Both the position numbers and the translations under genes were made by a program. A DNA stretch of 36,614 bases from Nemertoderma westbladi. Taxonomy: Eukaryota; Animalia; Xenacoelomorpha. Below are positions 21,301 to 33,300 of this stretch, piece by piece (position 1 is the stretch's first letter; each line of letters opens with the position of its first letter). Below the pieces are notes generated by a model. The model made no database searches. It was given only the letters and a program-made list of their open reading frames with translations, and was not told the DNA's origin. The stretch lies in assembly GCA_032718475.1 (NCBI GenBank), contig JAUCBJ010002147.1, positions 1 to 36,614 of the forward strand. The letters run 5' to 3'.

Positions 21301-24300
21301 ATATCTGGGAGTACAGACTCAGACACTTTTACTTCTATAAAGTTATCAGGCAATACCCTGTCATTATTGAGGAGCTTTTCAAAGTGGGCCTTCCAACCAT
21401 TGAGGCGATCAGCTGGTGATTCAGCCTTAACCTTGGTGGTTGGTTGGCTTTTTCGACCAGCAAGCAAGTTGATCGATTTCCATGCCTGGGATGATTGCCT
21501 GCTGTCGTCAGCATCATTGATGGCATCAACCTGTTGGTTTATTAGCTCCTGTAAATTAACAGAGTACTGCCTGTTCAGGGACCTAGAGAAAACTTAAGGA
21601 CCTTACTACAGTATTATAATCAGAAAACCAATTAATAATGAATTTTATAATTTGATGGTTCAAAAAACATTTTTTTGTATTTTAACATATTTAGGTTTTA
21701 TTTATTCCGTTATTCTTTGTTTCGCTAGCTAATCCTTTAGTTAACAGTAGATTAGAACACGTTCGTGGGGCCTTCGCGCAGCACGAGACTGCATACGTTA
21801 ACGTACCAAGTTTGGTTTAATTTCATCAATCTCGCCCCACAGTAATGACCGTTATTACTCCACTTTGCAGCTCAACGGATAACTCTAATGATGGACGATA
21901 TCAACATTGGCCATGAAGGTTCCAGCTGTACTAACGCTGCTCTGAACATTTACGAAGGCCTGGGTATAACGAATACTAGTAGCACCCTCGTCAGACAGTA
22001 TTGCGACGGTAGACACTTGCCTATTCCGTACACCGCTACCAGTATGTCCGTAACAGTTCAGCTACTCCTCAGTCCCCGTGGCTATCACTACCAACGTACT
22101 GGTCCATATGGCCATTCCATGTATCAGCCTGACATAGGCCCTCATTTCGACCGCTCGGGAAATTCTTTCGGATTTAGTTTAAGATACACCGTATCTGATT
22201 CAGGTTCGTTAAATAACAATTTATTATATAAATAGCTTATAATTTTTATATTATTTCTGTTATAGTTAGTGTTGTCTTTCAACCTTGTCAGTTACTGTAT
22301 AATTCGGCTCCGACTAACATTTTTTCGTTAATAGAAAAATACAATATGTAGTTCCGTAGATATACAGGATGTAGGCCTACTAACAGTAGGCCTACATCGG
22401 TACAGCCGGTACAACCTGCTAGACCAACAATTACTTTCATTTTAATCTGTATACCAGCTGGCCTAACAGTAGACAGGTAGACTTACGTTGTTGCTACGCT
22501 ATCGAAACAACCAGTGGTGGTTATAGGCCGGGTCTGGGATGCTTTTTCTAATTTTCTAATTTCTAATTTTCTTTCTGTTTCAGCATGCGGTGGTAGCTAC
22601 AACATCAGTAGAGGTTTTATAGCCTCGCCAAATTACCCGGATAATTTCGGTACTACAGAGGAATGTGAGTGGAGGTTTGAAGGCACGCCTGGATCTACTA
22701 TCATCTTCCATGTGCTGTAAGTCAATCAATCAATCAATCAATATATATCAAATTAATCCTTCTTTATTAAATGAAATTGTATTGCATTCACTCCAACACT
22801 ATAAGCTGTAGTTATGCAGTGAGTAATTATGAAAAATGATGGTAAGGTGTCAGGGAAGGGGGAGGGAAGAACATGGAAGTTTGCTAATAGCAGAGCTAGT
22901 AGTCCACTCTTTAATAGTAAACACAGCAGTGAGATAGTATCTGTGTTAATAATAGTAAACACAGTACTGAGATAGTATCTGTGTTAATAATAGTAAACAC
23001 AGCAGTGAGATAGTATCTGTGTTAATAATAGTAAGCACAGTACTGAGATAGTATCTGTGTTAATAATAGTAAGCACAGTACTGAGATAGTATCTGTGTTA
23101 ATAATAGTAAACACAGCAGTGAGATAGTATCTGTGTTAATAATAGTAAGCACAGTACTGAGATAGTATCTGTGTTAATAATAGTAAGCACAGTACTGAGA
23201 TAGTATCTGTGTTAATAATAGTAAACACAGCAGTGAGATAGTATCTGTGTTAATAATAGTAAGCACAGTACTGAGATAGTATCTGTGTTAATAATAGTAA
23301 ACACAGCAGTGAGATAGTATCTGTGTTAATAATAGTAAGCACAGTACTGAGATAGTATCTGTGTTAATAATAGTAAACACAGCAGTGAGATAGTATCTGT
23401 GTTAATAATAGTAAGCACAGTACTGAGATAGTATCTGTGTTAATAATAGTAAGCACAGTACTGAGATAGTATCTGTGTTAATAATAGTAAACACAGCAGT
23501 GAGATAGTATCTGTGTTAATAATAGTAAGCACAGTACTGAGATAGTATCTGTGTTAATAATAGTAAGCACAGTACTGAGATAGTATCTGTGTTAATAATA
23601 GTAAATACAGCAGTGAGATAGTAGGCCTACCGGGTTACATAAAGAACATAATATTTTTATGAGTGAAATACCCTTAATAAGTATCTGACGTATAAGATAT
23701 CAATCGATTATGTCTGGCTGTGGGGCAAGCGATGAAGGGTTAACTTAATTACACCGCATGTTTCAACCTCCGAAATCTCAATAAGACAATTTCTTTATTT
23801 TATCTTTACATTAGGGATGCGGATATGCCGGTGGGCAACACAGAACCGAATTGTGGACTTGGTTATTTGCGTATTTCTCACGCCCATAACCCGGCGGTGA
23901 AGTGGTGCCAACCCGGTGATGGTATGAAATATCGCGAGTACGAGGTCACGATTAAAGAGCGGGAGGGTCATGTTAATCTGCGGTTCTATTGGGACCACCA
24001 AACTACAAGCCAAGGGTTTAGGTTACAGTTCAGAACAGGTACGTAAGATGGCGTAAGTTGATGAGAGTTCAGAACGAGTATCCTACCTTTCGGTTGCTAT
24101 GTTACTAGGTTGGTCTTCGTAGAAGTAGAAGGTAGACTTACTGTACCTACAGTCTGGAGGTTAGTGTGTGTTTTCTTATACATATTATCTTTCATCTTCT
24201 TGTTTCTATTCTTATATTCTATGTTTAATATAATTTTAATTTACTTTCAGTTTATGGAGGCACTATACATAGTAATTCCAGCTACCTCGCGTCCCCTGGA

Positions 24301-27300
24301 CACCCTGGTGAGTACCAAAACCACTTGCACGTTGATTGGACCATTTCCGTTACCCCGGGTTACAACATCCGTATAGAGTTTCTGAGTTTTTCATTGGAAG
24401 ACAGCCGCCGTTGCAGATATGATTACCTTTCGGTGAGTGCAGTGCATTAGTTTACGAAACACACATATAAGTGAACTTTAAAAAGGGTGGATCACAACCG
24501 GGTTGCCGCAGCTGCCATCGATTTCATGGAGTGTATGGGTGTGCAGTGCCCGGCGTGTCCGGTTGCCTTTTTAAAGAGTTTGGATGTGTGCGTGTGGGGG
24601 GGGGGGGTTGGAGCCCGTTATTCACCTCTACCGCTTCCATCATGACAGGAATATATACCGGTAATTTATATAACAGTCAGGCAGTTTAATGTTTAATTAT
24701 TACGACATATTATAAGCATCTTATTTACTGTGTTTCCTATTTATTGTCTTTATATAGTTTGATGATGGGGATGGTATGGAACCAAATAGATTATGTGGTA
24801 ATGAAATCCCGGCCCCATATATGTCTTCTGGTAATCGCGTTCGAGTTGTTTTCAGCACGGATGGTTATATTAAACAAACCGGATTTCTATTAAAATGGAC
24901 CCAAGTACCAACCTCGACACCCACTGTGGTCCCTGGACAACCAGGTAATATTAGTTGTACTATATTTGTGTTATTTTTGGTAAGTAGTTGTTCACATTAA
25001 AGTGTTGCATTACCATATAAAGTGCTGTCTCATTCTCTAAGATGGCATGGCACCAGTTCCTGTGTAAATGATTAAGCCAATAGTGGTTACTTAATTAATA
25101 AGTTAATTTGACCATTGAAACAATTATATTACAAAGAATAATGCATGGTAACAAATAAATTAAATTTAACAACCGTTATGGAATATACAGTAACTCTTAC
25201 CTTATTCCCATAGCCCCCTGCAACTCAACTTTGACAGCGGGATATTTACCACAAAACTTAACTTCCACGAACTTTCCGGATTTGTATCCTGGCAACGAGA
25301 ACTGTACTTGGACTTTGATAGCCAATCAAACCCACCATACGGTTTCCTTAGTGATACGTTCATCATATATAGCTTCCCAAACAGACAACTGTCTGCAGGA
25401 TTATTTACTGGTAGAAGGTGAGAACATTTATAATATTTATAGTCCAGATAAGTCTTGCGAAGTCCTTCCCTTATCAAGGGGGCCGAGTTCAGTAGACCTG
25501 TCTGTGTCTGGTTAGAGCGTCCATTACTACTACGGCAATAACGGAGTATCGGAAATGCGTAATCATTTCATATTTATTGTAATTCGTCATATTTTCAGTT
25601 GTACATAATTCTTCTTGCTGATGTATTCCACAGAAATCGGAACCAATCAGATCGCCCCACATAAGTTCTGTCGTTTCATAAGTTTTATTTCTATCAATTC
25701 CATTGGCAATGCACTTCGTGTTACCCTGGTTACCAATGGCGACGATCAAGGTGGAATATTCTCGGCGAGTTACAAGCAAAGTAAGTTTGATTACCAAGGT
25801 TACCAATAAGGTAGTAGACGGTATGTTAGTTACGCGTGGTTAATTAATGTTTCTCTCATTAAGTTCTAATGGTGGCAGCCAAAACTGAGGCACATCTCTG
25901 TATAAAAGTCAATTGAACATAAACAGCGGGTAGATACATTATAATTCTATGGGACACTACTGTATATCTCATTACAGCTGAACATACAATAGCGGTGTAT
26001 CCTACTGTAGCCACTTTACAGAACGAAACGAGTTGATTTCAATGAAATTAAACAGGAAACTTGTAACTGCTTTTCTGTCGTCATGGATATTTAACTAACA
26101 TTCCAAATTATTATAAATAATTTGGTACTAGCATCACCAACGAGCAGAATGTATGTAGTCAACTGCAGAATTTTCAATTTTGAAATTTTGTCACTGTAAC
26201 ACAACATGCGGATCAGCGCTGTAAAGCGCTACTTTACACACCAGAATTAAATAAAGATTATTTATTATTAATATATTTTTATCATTCATCCAGATTGCGG
26301 CGGGTTGCTGACCACTCATCCCGGCTACATATATTCGCCCAACTTTCCCAACGCGTACCCCACGGGCGTCGATTGCCATTGGTCGATTCAGCTGCCCGAA
26401 CAGAGTTCCGCTATAAGTGTCACCGTTCACGCGTTCAATACGGGTACCCGTAATACTGGTGGCTGCACCAACGACTACGTTACGGTAGGTTCCTTCCAAT
26501 AGGCAGGCATATAATGTACATTGACCTAAAGTCATGTAAAATAGTGATTAAACGGGATCGGACTTTTCGGGATTTCCGGGATCGGGACCGGGATTATCAC
26601 TCTCGGGATCCCGTTTTTCGGGATCGGGATTGCAATTTTGAATTAAATTCCTTAAAGTTATAATAGGGATATATATGTCGGATTTTAGGTAACACTCACT
26701 TTATCTTACAGTTCTGAAATATTAGTAAGATAAAGTTATATTAATATTATTTTGGTTGAATAAAATCAATATTATATTTCCGTTCTGCTGGAACTATTTA
26801 TCAGATATTCAACAAATTTACTTCAATATTTATACTTCTGATTCCCCCCGACCCCCCGCTAATTATGTTTAAGACTTTCAAATGCTATATGTTTACCAAG
26901 TTTAGTTAAATTTCATAAAAGATTAACTTATAATATTAGCCTTCAAACATTTTCCGACAGACAGACGCCGTTATACAGACAGACAGACCGACATACAGAC
27001 ACCGATATACAGACAGACCGACATACAACTGTTGAAACAAGGGTAGCAGTCCTACTTTTACTTTTTACTGAATCCCAGATTCCCCCTGTGCCTATGGATG
27101 TTCTAATAGACCTACCCACCCCTCTACATGGTAACAGCCCCTCCAGCGTCGACAACATGCATTGTGGTTCCGGCGAAATGGCTTTGAGGAGCTTCATAAG
27201 AAACAGCAGCAGTTTGACCATCGTCTTCCATTCCTCAGCCAACCCAGCCTACACCCCTGGGGAGTCAGTTGGTTTCAATATTTCCTACACAGAGATTTCA

Positions 27301-30300
27301 AGAGGTGAGTTAATTTGATATTGTTGAAGAATGAATTACCAGTAGGCTACACTACATTTTATGGAAAAAAAATATGTTTACAGACATTCCTTGACCTAAT
27401 TCTTACATTGTTATATTTTCTACATCTTATGCTATTTTTATCTATTCAATATAATAAATAGACTTGATACAGAGAACATCCAGCACTTGATACAGATACA
27501 TATGCGGGGGGGGGGGGGCTTTCGACGTAATGACGTAATTATCAGCTGATTACCAGTCTAATCAGTTTAATCATCTTTATTGCGAATCAATATTGACGAA
27601 TATACCCAATATTCCTCCCCAGCTTGTGGTGGACAACTAACGCTCTCCGACCACAATGTATACTTCAATATCAGCAGTCCAACCAATCAGGATGGAATGT
27701 ATGAAGGCGCCGAATGTGATTGGTCGATCTCAGCCCCGCTACACGAACGCATTCATTTGATTTTTAACCAATTAGAATTTGCGACTCCTGGCACGTTAGT
27801 AGTTTTTGAATTTTTACTGTTTGACATAGAGTACAAACTGCACAATAGAATACAGTACATACTTACTGCACGCAGTATACCGGTCACACCATTTGGATGT
27901 ACCGCATGTCCCACCTGCCCATTTTGTCACCAGCCGTGTAATAATCATTGATTCACCATGGATGGAACCTTGTATCACCCGACAGAAACAACGCATCAGC
28001 TTATCTATTAACACTGCAGGAACATTCAACATATAAAATGAATCAATTAACCAATAATTAATAGGATCTCATTCGAATATTTTATAAAGATATACAAATA
28101 TTTACATCATAAAATGCAATAATTATTGATTCGATTTTTAGTTCTGGTTGCCGGGGAGCTAGGAGTTTTATCGAGGTCGATGTTGACCCCCATTCCTTAC
28201 CCGACGACCAGGACTACCCCCCCTCAGGGGTGCGGCGTTTATGTCAGAACATGGGCAGCTCAAGGTCGCTGCCGATATATTCGGTTGGACGAAGTTTGCG
28301 GTTGCGTTACCAAACTGACATGGTATCAGATAATCTCTTTAGCGCTCACTATTCCATAGGTTAGTACAGTAAGTAAGCATATTTATTAAATTACCAGTTG
28401 ACCAATAATTCTATGGCCTATGGACAGGACATACTGCTACTGAGCTACTGTAATATTTTAACGATACATTATGTTTCACCTATGTGTGTGAAGAATACCA
28501 GGTGTTCACTTTTTGGTCGAAATTCCTGTATATTGAAATTTTGAAGAAATTGTAGGCCTATTATTTTTAATTTCTCCTTAAAGTGTTTTATAGCGCATAT
28601 TTACTGTATATCCATAAACTGAACGTATAAACGAATACTGATTCGTTTATTGTTTTGGTTAGATTCAGCCCTTCTGGTTTTTTTTTAGTGAAAACCTGGT
28701 ATCTTCACTTGGGGGTTATCTGCAAAGTGAAATATACCAGCAGAAAGTCTGGATTTTACATGGGCCATATGTTTCTTGGGGCTGCCCCAACATCACATTG
28801 ACTCCAGGTGGACCACAAAGACTTCTATTAAACTATTGACTACTACTTAGCCCTACTACTAAGTAGACCACCTTAGGCTTATACCTACTACTCTACGTGT
28901 ATAGGCCTACTAACCATTACACTGCATTGTACTGCAGTAGGCCGGCCTACAGTACGCAACTCATTACGTAACTTGTTACTTACTGTTATGTTACTGTAAT
29001 ATATTGTACTGGCTGACAACATACTAACTACTAACATACTAACTAGGCTACTTTATAATAACTTAACATAATTGTCTCTCCGTTATTTGAGTTTGTTTAA
29101 CCATTTAGGAGGGGAGGGGGGGGGGGGGGGGAATGGGGGAGGGAGTGTAAATAACAGATGACTACACGGAAAAATAATACATACTTAGGCTGTTGCTCGG
29201 AAATCAACATCACTCGTGATAATCAACATCACACGTGCTAATCAACATCACACGTGCTAATCAACATCACTTGTGCTAATCAACATCACTCGTGATAATC
29301 AACATCACTCGTGATAATCAACATCACTCGTGCTAATCAACATCACTTGTGCTAATCAACATCACACGCGCTAATCAACATCACACGTGCTAATCAACAT
29401 CACTTGTGCTAATCAACATCACTCGTGATAATCAACATCACTCGTGATAATCAACATCACTCGTGCTAATCAACATCACTTGTGCTAATCAACATCACAC
29501 GCGCTAATCAACATCACTCGTGCTAATCAACATCACTCGTGCTAATCAACATCACTCGTGCTAATCAACATCACTTGTGCTAATCAACATCACTTGTGCT
29601 AATCAACATCACTCGTGCTAATCAACATCACTTGTGCTAATCAACATCACTCGTGATAATCAACATCACACGTGCTAATCAACATCACACGTGCTAATCA
29701 ACATCACTTGTGCTAATCAACATCACTCGTGATAATCAACATCACTCGTGATAATCAACATCACTCGTGCTAATCAACATCACTTGTGCTAATCAACATC
29801 ACACGCGCTAATCAACATCACTCGTGCTAATCAACATCACTCGTGCTAATCAACATCACTCGTGCTAATCAACATCACTTGTGCTAATCAACATCACTTG
29901 TGCTAATCAACATCACTCGTGCTAATCAACATCACTTGTGCTAATCAACATCACTCGTGATAATCAACATCACTCGTGATAATCAACATCACTCGTGCTA
30001 ATCAACATCACACGCGCTAATCAACATCACTCGTGCTAATCAACATCACTCGTGCTAATCAACATCACTCGTGCTAATCAACATCACTTGTGCTAATCAA
30101 CATCACTCGTGATAATCAACATCACTCGTGATAATCAACATCATTCGTGATAATCAACATCACTCGTGCTAATCAACATCACTTGTGCTAATCAACATCA
30201 CACGCGCTAATCAACATCACTCGTGCTAATCAACATCACTCGTGATAATCAACATCACTCGTGCTAATCAACATCACTTGTGCTAATCAACATCACACGC

Positions 30301-33300
30301 GCTAATCAACATCACTCGTGCTAATCAACATCACTCGTGATAATCAACATCACTCGTGCTAATCAACATCACTTGTGCTAATCAACATCACACGCGCTAA
30401 TCAACATCACTCGTGCTAATCAACATCACACGCGCTAATCAACATCACTCGTGCTAATCAACATCACTCGTGCTAATCAACATCACTCGTGCTAATCAAC
30501 ATCACTTGTGCTAATCAACATCACTCGTGATAATCAACATCACTCGTGATAATCAACATCACTCGTGATAATCAACATCACTCGTGCTAATCAACATCAC
30601 TTGTGCTAATCAACATCACACGCGCTAATCAACATCACTCGTGCTAATCAACATCACTCGTGATAATCAACATCACTCGTGCTAATCAACATCACTTGTG
30701 CTAATCAACATCACTCGTGATAATCAACATCACTCGTGATAATCAACATCACTCGTGATAATCAACATCACTCGTGCTAATCAACATCACTTGTGCTAAT
30801 CAACATCACACGCGCTAATCAACATCACTCGTGCTAATCAACATCACTCGTGCTAATCAACATCACTCGTGCTAATCAACATCACTTGTGCTAATCAACA
30901 TCACTCGTGATAATCAACATCACTCGTGATAATCAACATCACTCGTGATAATCAACATCACTCGTGCTAATCAACATCACTTGTGCTAATCAACATCACA
31001 CGCGCTAATCAACATCACTCGTGCTAATCAACATCACTCGTGATAATCAACATCACACGCGCTAATCAACATCACTCGTGCTAATCAACATCACTCGTGC
31101 TAATCAACATCACTCGTGCTAATCAACATCACTTGTGCTAATCAACATCACTTGTGCTAATCAACATCACTCGTGCTAATCAACATCACTTGTGCTAATC
31201 AACATCACTTGTGCTAATCAACATCACACGCGCTAATCAACATCACTCGTGCTAATCAACATCACTCGTGCTAATCAACATCACTCGTGCTAATCAACAT
31301 CACTCGTGATAATCAACATCACTCGTGCTAATCAACATCACTCGTGCTAATCAACATCACTCGTGATAATCAACATCACTCGTGCTAATCAACATCACTT
31401 GTGCTAATCAACATCACACGCGCTAATCAACATCACTCGTGCTAATCAACATCACTCGTGCTAATCAACATCACTCGTGCTAATCAACATCACTTGTGCT
31501 AATCAACATCACTTGTGCTAATCAACATCACTCGTGCTAATCAACATCACTTGTGCTAATCAACATCACTCGTGCTAATCAACACCACTAACGCTATAGC
31601 GAGCTATAGCGTTAAAATAAATTATCCTTTGGTACAATATAGTATATGTTAGTTGCTAGTTAGTTAGTATGTTAGTTAGTACAGTACCAAAGTTCCCTTT
31701 GCCTATAGGCCTACTGTATAGTACAGTATAATTCTTCCTTTTCTTGTATTCATGTAAAGTTTTTAAATCAAATATGCAATAAACTATTAGACTAAGGGGA
31801 ACTCGTTGAACACACCTACTTTAATTATACCAATTAATTATTAATATCGATATTATTAAAAGATGAACCATTACAAGATAAATTCTGTCATAACTTTACC
31901 AATGGATGTTTGTTTTCACTTCCCCCTAAGTTTTTTTTGTGTATTGTGAGTTATTTATTTCTATTTTATTATTTTTTATAAATAAACCCAATATTATTTA
32001 ATTTTTTGTATTTTTTTGCAGCACCCTGCGGCGGTGATTACTGGTTAAGTAAAGGCACTATCCAGACACCGGGTTACCCAGCCGTCAGTTACGCAGCCAA
32101 CACCGAGTGCACGTGGATGTTACGCGGTCCTCGCGGCCATTATCTAACTCTGGATGTCCTCGGTATAGATATACGGTCTTCCACTAACTGCACCGACGAT
32201 TATCTAATTATATCCGAACCAGCAGGTTCAGGTACGTTTTTTAATTCACCAAGTAGAAAAGGGCGGGAAATTTAAAACTAGGTTCCGGTACCGATAAGTT
32301 TTATATTAAATTTTCCACGAGACAAAATCGTTATGTATTTTTATAAGAATCGCCAAACTAAATTTTTATATAGTAAATTAATTTAATTTAAGTTTTATTT
32401 TAAGCTAATTACTATTTCAGACTAAACTGACAATGGTAGTGGTACACTAGAATCCATGTAATATAGTTATTATTTTTTTCTAAAATTATCTTTATTTATC
32501 TCAGCTAAAGAAAGATTTTATTTCTATAAAATATATAATAAATGTAATGTACAGTAGCTTTATTTCAAATAAATTTAGTTAACACCGGGTGTAATAATTA
32601 TTATATTACAGAATAATTAATTACAGTATGTGTTATCAACTGCGTTATATTACATTGCAGGTCATACGTTGGGTAGGCTGTGCGGAAACCAACTGCGTTA
32701 TATTTGATTGCAGGTCATACGTTAGGTGGCTGTGCGGAAACCAACTGCGTTATATTCGATTGCAGGTCATACGTTGGGTAGGCTGTGCGGAAACCAACTG
32801 CGTTATATTTGATTGCAGGTCATACGTTAGGTAGGCTGTGCGGAAACCAACTGCGTTATATTCGATTGCAGGTCATACGTTGGGTAGGCTGTGCGGAAAC
32901 CAACTGCGTTATATTTGATTGCAGGTCATACGTTAGGTAGGCTGTGCGGAAACCAACTGCGTTATATTTGATTGCAGGTCATACGTTGGGTAGGCTGTGC
33001 GGAAACCAACTGCGTTATATTTGATTGCAGGTCATACGTTAGGTAGGCTGTGCGGAAACCAACTGCGTTATATTTGATTGCAGGTCATACGTTGGGTAGG
33101 CTGTGCGGAAACCAACTGCGTTATATTTGATTGCAGGTCATACGTTAGGTAGGCTGTGCGGAAACCAACTGCGTTATATTCGATTGCAGGTCATACGTTG
33201 GGTAGGCTGTGCGGAAACCAACTGCGTTATATTTGATTGCAGGTCATAAGTTAGGTAGGCTGTGCGGAAACCAACTGCGTTATATTCGATTGCAGGTCAG

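Noticed and set aside
19715-21612. Target-site duplication for the intronic LINE
   Set aside because: Only a 5-bp TACTA match overlapping the tail; not convincing.
27790-27796. GC-AG donor after exon M (CCTG|GCACGT)
   Set aside because: The canonical GTTAGT 4 nt downstream gives the correct phase for exon N.
29015-31682. Inverted CTAACATACTAACTA motifs on either side of the 19-bp array
   Set aside because: Low-complexity (CTAA/TTAG) sequence; cannot be supported as TIRs.
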